The notes: a model not told the origin generated them from the sequence alone. 64,000 nucleotides of DNA from Candidatus Methanoperedenaceae archaeon (GCA_963753595.1 CAVWCX010000003.1:32001-96000); one strand, 5' to 3'. Positions 41,134 through 51,562 are shown, numbered from the stretch's first letter. Translations and numbers: made by a program.

Positions 41134-41760
41134 ATGAAAACAATCGATGAATTAATTCAAAAAGCTGTAGAACTCCAGGCTGGCGGACTCTTAACAGGCC
41201 AGATCGCTGATGAATTGAATGTTTCCCGTGAAACAGCAACATGGCTTCTTGTCCATTCCAAAAAGGGTGATGCTACCGCAGCGCCAAAGGATATTTACAT
41301 TGACTGGAGCAACATTGGAAGAAGTTCGAACAGGCAAAGACTGATCGCAGGCTCATTGACTGATATGATAATTGAATGCCTTAGCAAGACAGAATCTGAT
41401 ATTGACGTTATCGTAGGGGTTGCGCTTTCAGGAATACCCCTTGCTAACCTTATAGCAGATGAATTAGGGGTGGAATTTGCCACATATCACCCAAATAAGC
41501 AGAAATGGGAGCCAGAATCAAAGGATATTGGCGGAACTATAAGCCAGAACTTTGCAAAAGTCGCCGGAAAGAATTGTGTCCTTATAGATGATGTCGTAAC
41601 ATCAGGAACGACTCTTACAGAAGCCGTAGCGGTTCTTGAGAACCTTGGCGCGAAACCGGTAGCAATAGCTGTGCTTATAGATAAGAAAGGAATTGATGAG
41701 ATTTCAGGTGTTCCTCTTAATGCATTGCTGCGAGTTACAAGAGTGGATAAAACTGAATGA
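41134..41760 (+). CDS. PyrE-like HTH-phosphoribosyltransferase-fold protein (GfcR-like regulator)
   Basis: N-terminal IADELNVSRETATWL HTH; IDDVVTSGTT PRPP motif. Confidence 0.8.
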   Translation: MKTIDELIQKAVELQAGGLLTGQIADELNVSRETATWLLVHSKKGDATAAPKDIYIDWSNIGRSSNRQRLIAGSLTDMIIECLSKTESDIDVIVGVALSGIPLANLIADELGVEFATYHPNKQKWEPESKDIGGTISQNFAKVAGKNCVLIDDVVTSGTTLTEAVAVLENLGAKPVAIAVLIDKKGIDEISGVPLNALLRVTRVDKTE

Positions 41761-41787
41761 ACAGGATAAGGATGAAATAATTCTATA

Positions 41788-42303
41788 ATGCCAAATTGGG
41801 CGATACACTTAATTGTTCCTCTTCTTGCCCTTGTAATATTGGGCCGGAAAGAGGAATATAAATATATACTTTTGCTGTTACCACTTGCAGTTTTGCCTGA
41901 TATTGACACTTTTGCGGCACAACACAGGGCGCTTTTACATAATATTTTTATTCCTGCAATACTCTTTTTTATTGGTTTATCAATTAAGAAAATGAGGACG
42001 GCATTTTTAATAGCCGGTGTGTATTTTGCATCCCATGTCTTTCTTGATATGTTCGGGGGCGGAGTAGTACTTTTTTATCCGGTATACAATGAAATGGCAT
42101 TTATTGATGCAAGCCTTGAAATGAGTAAGACAGATCAATTATTATGGACATTAGATTATGGTTTCAGGAGTTACAGCGAAAACTGGAAGACCGGTTATGG
42201 ATATATATCAGACAGCATAGGGACTGGTTCCCTGGTTTTTATTTTGGCAGCAGGTATCCGGGCAGCTTACAGGAAGAGAATATTTGAAAGTGAGGATAAA
42301 TGA
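41788..42303 (+). CDS. YdjM-like membrane metal-dependent hydrolase
   Basis: H, LPDID, HRALLHN, SHVFLD. Confidence 0.75.
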   Translation: MPNWAIHLIVPLLALVILGRKEEYKYILLLLPLAVLPDIDTFAAQHRALLHNIFIPAILFFIGLSIKKMRTAFLIAGVYFASHVFLDMFGGGVVLFYPVYNEMAFIDASLEMSKTDQLLWTLDYGFRSYSENWKTGYGYISDSIGTGSLVFILAAGIRAAYRKRIFESEDK

Positions 42304-43757
42304 AGAAAAGGACAAAAAGCCTCATGGTGGTCGGTACAGGATCGCATGTGGGAAAAAGCATCATTGTAACGGCCCTGTGCAGGATATTCTCAAAAAGATA
42401 TTCTGTTGCCCCATTTAAGGCGCAGAATATGAGCCTTAATTCCTGGGTAACGCGAGATGGCAACGAAATCGGGATAGCACAGGCAATACAGGCAAAAGCG
42501 GCAGGGGTTGAACCAACAGCAGACATGAATCCGGTATTATTGAAGCCTAAAGGTGATCACAGGTCACAGGTGGTAATCCTTGGAAAGCCTGTAGCTGACA
42601 GGGAAGCAGGGGATTATTATGATTCAATAGATGATGTTATGTCAACTGTTTCCGGAGCTTACGAGCGGCTAAGTGATCGTTACGAATTGATAATAATTGA
42701 AGGAGCAGGCGGAGCAGCCGAAATAAACCTGTATCATCGGGATATCGTGAACACGGGTATGGCCAGGTTAGTCAGGCCTCCGATAATACTGGTGGGGGAT
42801 ATCGAGCGGGGCGGGGTTTTTGCAAGTATTTACGGGACCCTGCAATTACTGCCTGCTGATATCAAACCTCTTGTTGCCGGTCTTATAATAAACAAATTCA
42901 GGGGAGATCTATTGCTGCTTACGCCTGGAATAAAACAGCTTGAAGAGATCACCGGACTTCCTGTGCTGGGTGTAATTCCCTATACCAATATGAGGGTGCC
43001 ATCAGAGGATTCAGTATCTATTAAAGATAAAACCAGTAATGGCAATCCGGTCAAGATCGCAGTGATACGATTACCCCACATATCAAATTTTACTGATTTT
43101 GAGCCTCTTGAACATTGCGCAGATATTGAATATGTTGAACCGGGTGAAGAACTCCCTGGTTCAGATGCGATCATACTGCCTGGAACAAAAAACACAATGG
43201 ATGACATGTCAGTCCTGTTATCCAGTGGAATGGGACAAAAGATCATCGACGAAGCAAAAAAAGGGATCCCGGTGATCGGAATATGCGGGGGTTACCAGAT
43301 GCTCGGTAACGAAATAATCGACAGCGGTATAGAAGGAACAAATGGTGCATGTTCAATAAAGGGACTTGGGCTTCTTAATGTTTCTACGCTATTTGAGAAA
43401 TACGAAAAACAAACACGCCAGGTTGAAAAACCCGTTACTGGGAACGGACTGATACTTGGGGCAATAAAAGGACAAAAGGTTTCAGGATATGAGATCCATA
43501 TGGGCGAAACAAAAGGAGAAGCGCACGCATTCGGGGATGACGGAAGTGTCAGTGAAAACGGGATCATCATAGGAACATATCTTCACGGGCTATTTGAGAA
43601 CCATAATTTCAGGAATTCTTTCCTTAGCTATTTATATAATCAAAAAGGATTGATATATGAAGATAAAATCCAGGGCGATGGTATTGAGGAACTTGCAGGA
43701 TTCATTACATCCCATGTGGATATGGATTCGATTTACCGAATGCTAGAGGAACAATGA
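42300..43757 (+). CDS. cobQ: Cobyric acid synthase
   Basis: PFKAQNMSLNS, EGAG, ISNFTDF, GICGGYQMLG, GTYLHG. Confidence 0.95.
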   Translation: MKKRTKSLMVVGTGSHVGKSIIVTALCRIFSKRYSVAPFKAQNMSLNSWVTRDGNEIGIAQAIQAKAAGVEPTADMNPVLLKPKGDHRSQVVILGKPVADREAGDYYDSIDDVMSTVSGAYERLSDRYELIIIEGAGGAAEINLYHRDIVNTGMARLVRPPIILVGDIERGGVFASIYGTLQLLPADIKPLVAGLIINKFRGDLLLLTPGIKQLEEITGLPVLGVIPYTNMRVPSEDSVSIKDKTSNGNPVKIAVIRLPHISNFTDFEPLEHCADIEYVEPGEELPGSDAIILPGTKNTMDDMSVLLSSGMGQKIIDEAKKGIPVIGICGGYQMLGNEIIDSGIEGTNGACSIKGLGLLNVSTLFEKYEKQTRQVEKPVTGNGLILGAIKGQKVSGYEIHMGETKGEAHAFGDDGSVSENGIIIGTYLHGLFENHNFRNSFLSYLYNQKGLIYEDKIQGDGIEELAGFITSHVDMDSIYRMLEEQ

Positions 43758-44692
43758 AACAGCTTTCAAACACGGCACAACGGATAAAGAACATGGATAT
43801 AAGGGGCGCGGGAAGGATCGCACGAGCAGCGGCAGCCGAACTTCGCGATTACAGCGAACGCTTGGAAAAGAGCAAGCTGGAAGAATTTAATACAAAGATG
43901 AGTGAGGCTGCCCAACTTCTTATCAGCACGCGCCCCACAGCAGTATCACTTCCAAATGCGGTTCGTGCTGTGATGAGATATAAGGGTGATAGTGTCGATG
44001 ATGCGAAAGCAAATATCAAGGAACTTGCAGATGGATTTATCCTTAATTCAGAAAACGCCCTGCTCAAAATTGGCCAGATCGGCGCACATAGAATACGTGA
44101 TGGGGACACCATAATGACGCACTGCAACTCCAATGCCGCGATTTCAATAATGACTGCCGCGCATAAAGAGGGGAAAAATATCACTGTTATAGCTACGGAA
44201 TCCCGCCCGAGATGGCAGGGACATCTGACCATCAGGCAGCTTGATGAAAACGGGATAAAAACATCATTAATAGTAGACTCTGCGGTTCGATATTTCATGA
44301 AGGAAGTTGACCTTGTGGTGATGGGCGCCGATGCGGTTACAGCTAATGGTTCAGTTATAAATAAAATAGGCACATCCCAGCTAGCCCTTGCTGCGCATGA
44401 AGCAAGGAAAAATGTAATAATTGCAGCCGAGACCTATAAATTCAGCCCGAGATCACTATTAGGTGAGCTTATTGAAATAGAAGAACGAAATAGCTCGGAA
44501 GTAATAGCAGATGAAAAATTACGGGAATTCCCAAATGTATCTGTAAAAAATCCCGCTTTTGATGTAACGCCGCGTGAATATATCGATCTTATATGTACGG
44601 AGGTCGGGGCGATCCCTCCTGAAATGGCATATATTATAATAAAAGAATACCTGGGATGGAAATTAGGGGATATGGATGAGGGGGTAAAATAA
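43754..44692 (+). CDS. Ribose-1,5-bisphosphate isomerase (eIF2B family)
   Basis: IRGAGRIA, TRPTAVSLPNA, THCNS, TESRP, NKIGT, NPAFDVTP. Confidence 0.9.
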   Translation: MKQLSNTAQRIKNMDIRGAGRIARAAAAELRDYSERLEKSKLEEFNTKMSEAAQLLISTRPTAVSLPNAVRAVMRYKGDSVDDAKANIKELADGFILNSENALLKIGQIGAHRIRDGDTIMTHCNSNAAISIMTAAHKEGKNITVIATESRPRWQGHLTIRQLDENGIKTSLIVDSAVRYFMKEVDLVVMGADAVTANGSVINKIGTSQLALAAHEARKNVIIAAETYKFSPRSLLGELIEIEERNSSEVIADEKLREFPNVSVKNPAFDVTPREYIDLICTEVGAIPPEMAYIIIKEYLGWKLGDMDEGVK

Positions 44693-44768
44693 TTGTATGA
44701 TAATATGATGTTTTGTAATCAAAAGAATTAAATATCATTATTATAATCATATATATCATGGAGACGTC

Positions 44769-45869
44769 ATGAGTACAGAGAAAATCGCGCTTTTCATTAT
44801 AATGGTCTTTATTTTTATTATTGCGATTTATCTATTTGTAATGCTCAGGAAATCACATGAAAAAAAGCAACATCCGGAACTAAAAACAATTGAATTCAAG
44901 GATATGGTTGATATAACCCCGGAATTCAAGTTTGAAACCTCAGGATTGAATAATGTAGATATTCACCAGATAAAAGACCTGATGAAACCCGTAAAGGATA
45001 ATGCTGCTGCAGAAACGGACACGGAAACCATCAGTATAGAAGAGAAAATCCGGAGGCAAAAAAGAGATATAAAAACCATTCCAGACCCGGATAATAAAAT
45101 ACATGAGATAAAATATGATGTCCGGGATGGGAAAAACGATGAAATTCCGAAAACAGAACCAAATATCATAGAATCTCATGCAAAAGAAGACATTTCTGTA
45201 CAGGTAGCAATGATGGGAGATGTTTCGGGGCTTAAGCTTGAGGACATTGTGATAGGGAGCGAAGAAGAAAAAAAGAAACACAGAAAAACTGCTGCGAAGA
45301 AAGCAGATCAAAAGATCAAGAAATCGATAGTTTCACCGGCTAAACCATTGATCCAGGAAAAAGCAATAAAAAAAATCGAACCAAAAAAGAAGTCCTTAAA
45401 AGAAGAAGAAAAAGTTATTAAGAAGGAAGCTCCCGGGGAAGATGAAAAGCCAGAGAAAAAAAGGTTACGAAAGAAAAAAACGGTAATACAGGAACCTGCA
45501 AAACAAGAACCGGTAATACAGGAACCGATAATACAGGAACCGGTAATACAAGAACCGGTAATACAAGAACCGGTAATACAAGAACCGGTAATACAAGAAC
45601 CGGTAATACAAGAACCGGTAATACAAGAACCGGTAATACAGGAACCGGTAATACAGGAACCGGTAATACAGGAACCGGTAATACAGGAACCGGTAATACA
45701 GGAACCGGTAATACAGGAACCGGTAATACAGGAACCGGTAATACAGGAACCGGTAATACAGGAACCGGTAAAACAAGAACCGGTGAAACATAAACCGAAA
45801 AAACATAAACAGGTAAAACAGGAACCGGTAGTAGTTGAGCCAGGGAAAGTTTCCCGGGAAAGCCCGTGA
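44769..45869 (+). CDS. N-anchored, charged low-complexity protein with an EPVIQ repeat tract
   Basis: N-terminal TM; K/E-rich; about 20 pentapeptide repeats. Confidence 0.75.
   Translation: MSTEKIALFIIMVFIFIIAIYLFVMLRKSHEKKQHPELKTIEFKDMVDITPEFKFETSGLNNVDIHQIKDLMKPVKDNAAAETDTETISIEEKIRRQKRDIKTIPDPDNKIHEIKYDVRDGKNDEIPKTEPNIIESHAKEDISVQVAMMGDVSGLKLEDIVIGSEEEKKKHRKTAAKKADQKIKKSIVSPAKPLIQEKAIKKIEPKKKSLKEEEKVIKKEAPGEDEKPEKKRLRKKKTVIQEPAKQEPVIQEPIIQEPVIQEPVIQEPVIQEPVIQEPVIQEPVIQEPVIQEPVIQEPVIQEPVIQEPVIQEPVIQEPVIQEPVIQEPVIQEPVKQEPVKHKPKKHKQVKQEPVVVEPGKVSRESP
45481..45790 (+). repeat. 15-bp coding tandem repeat (gaaccggtaataca[a/g]), about 20 copies
   Basis: Directly visible; a block of CAA-type units followed by a block of CAG-type units. 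Confidence 0.95.
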
Positions 45870-45873
45870 AATA

Positions 45874-46446
45874 ATGAAATCACTCCACATTATTATTTTA
45901 ATATCTGTTTTATTAGCGCTCAGTTCAGGAAGTATTGGTTCTGCCGATGAAAAAGCCGGTATTAATGGTTATGTGGAAAAAATCATAAAATTATACAATG
46001 ATGCTTATATGGAAATCATCAGGGTTTATAACGATTTCATGGATAGAAACATCAAACCACCGAACTATGAGATCAATATTAGCGAGGCCAGGATACTGAA
46101 AGACTGTTTTGATATTTCCCTTGATGCTAAATCGCCTTGCGTACTTGTTAATCTTGATATTAAAAATGATCATAATGACAGCGTGACTTTTGAAATTACA
46201 GGACGAACTATTGTTACAAAAGATGGCAAACAACTTGATAAATACGGTGGATTATATAATACTAAACAATTGAATAGTCAATGCGATACTGAAAATTTCT
46301 TCAAGCTTTTCCCAAATGCGAATAAAAAAGTAGGGGTATGTTTTCCAGTTGTAAGTAAAAATGATGGTCCGGTAATGTACATAGGGGTAAAGGCAAATGG
46401 GAAAGAAAAGGAGCATAATTTTGACCTCACCCAATACTTTTCCTGA
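45874..46446 (+). CDS. Secreted protein with DUF4352-like Ig fold
   Basis: Start at ATG 45874 gives a signal peptide; VNLDIKN...LFPNANKKVGVCF. Confidence 0.55.
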   Translation: MKSLHIIILISVLLALSSGSIGSADEKAGINGYVEKIIKLYNDAYMEIIRVYNDFMDRNIKPPNYEINISEARILKDCFDISLDAKSPCVLVNLDIKNDHNDSVTFEITGRTIVTKDGKQLDKYGGLYNTKQLNSQCDTENFFKLFPNANKKVGVCFPVVSKNDGPVMYIGVKANGKEKEHNFDLTQYFS

Positions 46447-46514
46447 TATTTGTAAAAAATTTTAGATTTTAAGACCTCAACCTAATATACCCCTCATTCC
46501 AATATCAGGCTATA

Positions 46515-47957
46515 ATGCCTCCAATCTTCGAAATTCTCCAAAAGGACTGTGCCGGTCGTATCGGGCGTCTTGAAACCCGTCACGGGATCATCGAGACACC
46601 CACCATCATGCCTGTCGTCAATCCCAATATCCAGACGATCAAGCCCTCAGAACTTCGAAAATTCGGCGCCCAGGTCATCATAACAAACTCATATATAATT
46701 TACCGAAAGCCTGAAATGAGGGAACGCGCCCTGAAGGAAGGGTTACATTCACTTATCGGTTTTGATGGCCCGATAATGACTGACTCGGGCTCATACCAGT
46801 TATCGATATATGGGGAAGTGGAAGTAAATAATAAACAAATTGTTGAATTCCAGCAAAATATCGGCTCAGATATTGGCGTACCTCTTGATATTCCTACGCC
46901 TCCTGACGTTTCACGAATGCGCGCCGAGTCTGAACTTGAACAAACAATAGCCAGGGAAAAAGAGGCCTTAGGATCAAAAAAGGATATGCTTCTTGCTGCG
47001 CCCATTCAGGGTTCGACATTTCCTGACCTCAGGGAGAGATGCGCGCGCGAGTTAAGCCTGCTTGATTTTGATGTTTATCCTCTGGGAGCGGTCGTACCTC
47101 TTATGGAATCATACAGGTATTCCGAGCTTGTGGATGTTATCGTTGCCTCTAAAAAAGGCCTGTCACCGGCAGCGCCTGTGCATCTTTTCGGGGCCGGGCA
47201 TCCAATGATGTTCTCTCTTGCCGTGGCTTTAGGTTGTGATCTTTTTGATTCAGCATCTTATGCACTGTATGCCAAGGATGGAAGATACATGACAACGCGG
47301 GGCACGTATCATATTGAAAATCTCCAGTACCTGCCCTGTTCTTGCCCGATATGCAGTTCGCTAAGTGCCCGGGAATTGTTTGAAAGCGAAAAGCGTGAAG
47401 AGCTGCTGGCGCGCCATAATCTCTATGTGACCTTTGAGGAAATACGAATTGTAAAACAGGCGATACAGGAAGGAAGCCTGTGGGAACTTGTGGAAAACCG
47501 GTGCAGGGCACACCCTCAATTGCTGTCCGGATTAAAGAGGGCGCTATCACAGCATTCGGGATGGATAGAAACGATCCAGCCTTTATCAAGGTCAACATTC
47601 TTTTACAGTGGTCCAGAATCATCCCTGAGGCCTGAGGTTTTAAGGCACAAGAACAAGCTCAGGAATTTGAAGATAAATGGAAAGGTCCTTATCAGGAATA
47701 AAAGACTTGAAAATGAGGATGAATTTGACTGGGTTTTTGATTTCAAGCCCCCATTTGGCCCATATCCATTAGAACTCAAGGAAACATTTCCTTTTAACGC
47801 TGAAGTTATTGATGAACCGGATCATGAATCATTGACCGTTGCCCTTCAAAATACGCTTCATTTGATAGAACTAAATCCCGATTCTGAATTTACGATCCGT
47901 TTAGATGGTATGCCTGGACATCCATTGATGAATGAAATTAACAAAGGAAGTAAATAG
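46515..47957 (+). CDS. tgtA: Archaeosine tRNA-guanine(15) transglycosylase
   Basis: MTDSGSYQL, HLFGAGHP, GCDLFDSASY, CSCPIC..HNL. Confidence 0.93.
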   Translation: MPPIFEILQKDCAGRIGRLETRHGIIETPTIMPVVNPNIQTIKPSELRKFGAQVIITNSYIIYRKPEMRERALKEGLHSLIGFDGPIMTDSGSYQLSIYGEVEVNNKQIVEFQQNIGSDIGVPLDIPTPPDVSRMRAESELEQTIAREKEALGSKKDMLLAAPIQGSTFPDLRERCARELSLLDFDVYPLGAVVPLMESYRYSELVDVIVASKKGLSPAAPVHLFGAGHPMMFSLAVALGCDLFDSASYALYAKDGRYMTTRGTYHIENLQYLPCSCPICSSLSARELFESEKREELLARHNLYVTFEEIRIVKQAIQEGSLWELVENRCRAHPQLLSGLKRALSQHSGWIETIQPLSRSTFFYSGPESSLRPEVLRHKNKLRNLKINGKVLIRNKRLENEDEFDWVFDFKPPFGPYPLELKETFPFNAEVIDEPDHESLTVALQNTLHLIELNPDSEFTIRLDGMPGHPLMNEINKGSK

Positions 47958-48012
47958 AATATAAAAAGTTAAAGTAAAGTTTTTTGTGTTTAAATCGCTT
48001 AATATAGAACAA

Positions 48013-48858
48013 ATGCAAAACAAAATCGGTAAAGCTTTCGCCCCCGCCCATATATCAGGTATCTTTATCATCGATACCAAAAAAGACCCATCACTTTCAG
48101 GTTCAATGGGCTGCGGAATATGTCTTGAGGACGGCGCTGTGACAGAAGTGCGCCCTGCCAGAGAAACAATGATCAGGATCAATGGGGCTGTCACAAAAGC
48201 TCCCACGACATTATCGGCAATAGAACTCCTGACCCCGGAACCAGTGCTCGTAGATACAAAAATAAACATACCCATTGGCGCAGGGTTTGGTGCAAGCGGC
48301 GCCGGGGCATTGAGTACCGCACTTTCACTAAATGAAGCGCTTTCCCTGGATTTGACCTTGAAAGGAGCAGCAGTAGCCGCTCATTGTGCCGAAGTGATGA
48401 ATCTCACAGGGCTTGGGGATGTGACCGGAATGACCTTTGGCGGCATGGTTATCAGGAAAAAAGCAGGCGCGCCTTTTCTTGGAGTTATTGATAAGATCCC
48501 ATGCAGGAATACTGAAATATCCTGGATAGAGTTCAATGGGATATCAACAAGATCGATCTTATCAGATGAACTGAAAACAAAAAGCATAAACAGGGCCGGA
48601 AAATCAAGGCTCAAAGAACTCTTAAATAAACCCACGATCGAAAATTTCATGATCCAATCCGAAGCCTTCGCAAAAGATATTGAACTCATGAGCCCGGAGG
48701 TAAAAGATGCTATCGAAACCGTAAAAGCCGCAGGTGGTCTTGCAAGCCAGGCAATGCTTGGGGATACTGTTTTTGCAATAAACGATAACGGTGCACTTCA
48801 GGAATTCGGAGAAGTGCGTATAAGCAGGATAAGTAATGCCGGAGCACACCTTTTATGA
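48013..48858 (+). CDS. pok: Pantoate kinase (GHMP family)
   Basis: AFAPAHISG, PIGAGFGASGA, TGLGDV, AMLG; adjacent to PPS. Confidence 0.88.
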   Translation: MQNKIGKAFAPAHISGIFIIDTKKDPSLSGSMGCGICLEDGAVTEVRPARETMIRINGAVTKAPTTLSAIELLTPEPVLVDTKINIPIGAGFGASGAGALSTALSLNEALSLDLTLKGAAVAAHCAEVMNLTGLGDVTGMTFGGMVIRKKAGAPFLGVIDKIPCRNTEISWIEFNGISTRSILSDELKTKSINRAGKSRLKELLNKPTIENFMIQSEAFAKDIELMSPEVKDAIETVKAAGGLASQAMLGDTVFAINDNGALQEFGEVRISRISNAGAHLL

Positions 48859-49604
48859 TACCCAAAAGCCATCCCCGATATGATTCTTTAATGACGCGTG
48901 AGTTGATAGTCGAGGGCGTAAAAAAAGGAATAACAAGTACACAGGGATTGATCGCACAGGGGCGGGGGGAGGCATTTGATTATTTGATAGGTGAGAAAAC
49001 CACAGAAAGCGCTTTGCGTGCTGAAAAGGTGGCAGCAGCAAAGTTACTTCTTGCAAAAAAACCTGTAATATCGGTGAATGGAAATGCCGCAGCCCTTGTC
49101 GGTTCTGAACTCATAAGGTTAAGCGAACTTGTAAATTCGCCTCTTGAAGTTAATTTATTTCACAGGACAGAAGAAAGGGTAAATAAAATCATGCAGCATC
49201 TTCGATCCCTCGGTGCAAAAAATCTGGTTACAAAGAACGATGCCCTGATCCCCGGACTTGAACATGACCGCGCAAAAGTGGATAGAAATGGCATCTTCAT
49301 TGCGGATGTCGTACTTGTACCTCTTGAGGATGGAGACAGGTGCAAAGCACTCGTAGATATGGGAAAAACCGTAATCGCTATTGACCTTAACCCGCTTTCA
49401 AGAACTGCGCAATGCGCAACGGTAACTATTGTGGATAATATAACCCGCGCTGTACCCAATATTTCTAAATTTGCAGGAGAATTGAAAGAATTGGATATAA
49501 AAAACTTAAAGGAGATAACCAGGGGATATGATAATAAACAGACACTGTCTCTTGCTATTGAAGAAATAAATAAGAACATGGTCTCTTTTACAGGCAGACC
49601 ATGA
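48855..49604 (+). CDS. pps: Phosphopantothenate synthetase
   Basis: IPKSHPRY, GRGEAFDYLIGE, VPLEDGDR, IDLNPLSRT. Confidence 0.92.
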   Translation: MIPKSHPRYDSLMTRELIVEGVKKGITSTQGLIAQGRGEAFDYLIGEKTTESALRAEKVAAAKLLLAKKPVISVNGNAAALVGSELIRLSELVNSPLEVNLFHRTEERVNKIMQHLRSLGAKNLVTKNDALIPGLEHDRAKVDRNGIFIADVVLVPLEDGDRCKALVDMGKTVIAIDLNPLSRTAQCATVTIVDNITRAVPNISKFAGELKELDIKNLKEITRGYDNKQTLSLAIEEINKNMVSFTGRP

Positions 49605-49680
49605 TATTACCCATATCGGCAGGTATATTGCCACTGCAAAGTCGGCTATGAACTCTTGGTTCCTAAATAACCATGAAAAA

Positions 49681-49752
49681 AACAGCGAACTAACACGAAC
49701 TGAAACGAACTCCGGTAGCGTGAGTTCGTTTCAGTTCGTTCAGTTAGTTGTT
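49681..49752. repeat. Long palindrome with a perfect 18-bp core
   Basis: acgaactgaaacgaactc (49695-712) / gagttcgtttcagttcgt (49722-39), imperfect outer arms. Confidence 0.85.
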
Positions 49753-49825
49753 AATTTATTCCATATCATGACCAAAAGAATTTGCTGCTACGCTTTGCGT
49801 CCTTCGCAGTGATGCGGGTATTATA

Positions 49826-49915
49826 CGGGCGCGGGGGGATTCGAACCCCCGACCTACAGCTAGCTCCAATATAATTTAGGAGGCTGCCGCCCTATCCAGA
49901 CTAGGCCACGCGCCC
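49826..49915 (-). tRNA. tRNA-Arg(CCT) with a 15-nt intron at 37/38 (49862-49876)
   Basis: GGGCGCG acceptor, GCAGC-CT-CCT-A anticodon arm, GGGGG-TTCGAAT-CCCCC T arm; intron GGAG pairs with CTCC (BHB-like). Confidence 0.92.
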
Positions 49916-50013
49916 TGTGGGGTTTTGACTAGATGTCAGTGGTTTGTATTTAATATATCGCATCTTTCAAACAGAAATTGGATGTTTGGATTAATGATAT
50001 TTGGAACACAAAG

Positions 50014-51117
50014 TTAATAATAAGTCACTTCAACCACATATTTTTCAGCAAGCGCAAGTATCTTTGCGGCCAATTCATCCCTGTTGTGCCTGAATTGCTG
50101 TTTTCCCTGCATTATTTCCTGTGAAACCTCCCTTCCCACGACATCATCAAATCCCGATCTTACGCGAATGATCACTGACCCTTCCGAAACCACTGTATTC
50201 TCAAGCACATTGTCTATATCCCCATCAATAATACCAATAACAGGAATGCCAAGACGCGCCAATATATCTGCTGCTATCATAGTTGTGTCATCCCCTACAG
50301 TTATGACAAGGCCTGCATCCCGGACAAGTTCAAATGTTGATTCTGCAGCATGATCAATTATTGCTATTTTATTGTTCGATTTTTTTGAACTGATATCTCC
50401 TATCCTTGGTTTTGATCTTGTTCTCCTGATGCCGCCTGTTTTTACCTTCGCTTTAAAAAGGTCGATCTTGCGACTTTCAAGTTTTTCAAGACCATGTGAT
50501 TTTACTTTTATGCCCTTAAGGCCTGCGATCTTTCCATCCCTGCATATAATTTCAATATCAGGGTCTGTGATCTCACCGATCACCACACCATCCAGGCGAA
50601 TGTTTTCACCAGTAAACGCGCCTCCTATGCTGCGGATGACAGAAGCCCCATCGATCCTGATATGCGATGGTTCAGGTATTCCCAACTCCACAGGCAGGTC
50701 ACAGGCATATTTTAACAGGAATTTCCTGACGAATTGCGCGCATCGTTTTGCAGGCTGGTAGTAGTATATTATCCGGCCATTATTATCCGGGCTCTCTATA
50801 TGGACAAATGGCAGTGAATTATCAAGTTTAGACGCTACGATCCTGCCGAAATAGCGGCCAGTATCAAGGGTTTTTCCATGATTAAGGAGTATTGCAAGGT
50901 CAATTTCATTTTTCATCGCGATTACAGTTTCACTGGGCGTGAGTCCCTGCGAAATGTCAATAACGTTTTCAAGACCGGCATCCAGAACTGCGGTTCTTCC
51001 CATAGTCCCGCCAAGTCTTGCGGTTACGTCATGTTCTTTCTTGAATATGCCGATGATCTTACCGGCAGAACCCACATCGACTATCTCAGGCCCGTGAAGA
51101 ATTATCCCTATGCGCAT
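50014..51117 (-). CDS. DUF2117-family protein
   Basis: Start reassigned to MRIGIILHGPEIVD; LGGTMGRTAVLDAGL, TVGDDTT, GIIDGD. Confidence 0.8.
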   Translation of the reverse strand: MRIGIILHGPEIVDVGSAGKIIGIFKKEHDVTARLGGTMGRTAVLDAGLENVIDISQGLTPSETVIAMKNEIDLAILLNHGKTLDTGRYFGRIVASKLDNSLPFVHIESPDNNGRIIYYYQPAKRCAQFVRKFLLKYACDLPVELGIPEPSHIRIDGASVIRSIGGAFTGENIRLDGVVIGEITDPDIEIICRDGKIAGLKGIKVKSHGLEKLESRKIDLFKAKVKTGGIRRTRSKPRIGDISSKKSNNKIAIIDHAAESTFELVRDAGLVITVGDDTTMIAADILARLGIPVIGIIDGDIDNVLENTVVSEGSVIIRVRSGFDDVVGREVSQEIMQGKQQFRHNRDELAAKILALAEKYVVEVTYY

Positions 51118-51180
51118 GCTATCGATTAATTGAGGGTATCGGAATAAATATTTAAGTATCAAAAATAATAAAAGCCATTT

Positions 51181-51333
51181 ATGCAACTTAAGAATATTGT
51201 CCTTCTCATCATCGCGATCATTCTTGCCCTGATTGTAATTAAGATCTTGTGGTGGATTACTGCGATCCTTTTCCAACTGGTTATATTTTTGATCGTTGTG
51301 TATATAATTTATTTATTTTTAAAAAAATTATAA
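51181..51333 (+). CDS. 50-aa two-helix membrane microprotein (not in the ORF track)
   Basis: MQLKNIVLLIIAIILALIVIKILWWITAILFQLVIFLIVVYIIYLFLKKL. Confidence 0.6.
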   Translation: MQLKNIVLLIIAIILALIVIKILWWITAILFQLVIFLIVVYIIYLFLKKL

Positions 51334-51367
51334 CACATTTTAAACCATTATTTTTTATATAATTATA

Positions 51368-51562
51368 TTAATCAAAACCATCAGAGCGCTTGTTAAGGAT
51401 TTTATGGACTATAAAAATCACGGCCCAGAAAATTAACGCACCTATCAGAGCACCTCTCCAGTCCAGAACTCTATCGTGCAAAAAATATTTTAGAATAACA
51501 AATGTGACAAAATATGTTAATGATGCCGCAGAAGCTGTAAAATATGGATTCGTTTTTTCCAT
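51368..51562 (-). CDS. Small two-TM membrane protein
   Basis: 64 aa, two hydrophobic segments. Confidence 0.6.
   Translation of the reverse strand: MEKTNPYFTASAASLTYFVTFVILKYFLHDRVLDWRGALIGALIFWAVIFIVHKILNKRSDGFD

Noticed and set aside
45481-45790. Possible CRISPR array
   Set aside because: Units are contiguous 15-mers with no spacers and are in frame in a protein; no cas genes.
45308-45890. Antisense ORFs with ITGSC or YYRFL repeats resembling RiPP precursors
   Set aside because: Shadows of the EPVIQ repeat; the plus frame has a TM anchor and fits gene spacing.
46515-47957. TgtA lacking the C-terminal PUA region
   Set aside because: Split archaeosine TGT is already known in Methanosarcinales.
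49826-49915. tRNA as an integration site
   Set aside because: No integrase or duplicated tRNA 3' end seen; a canonical 37/38 intron is ordinary in archaea.
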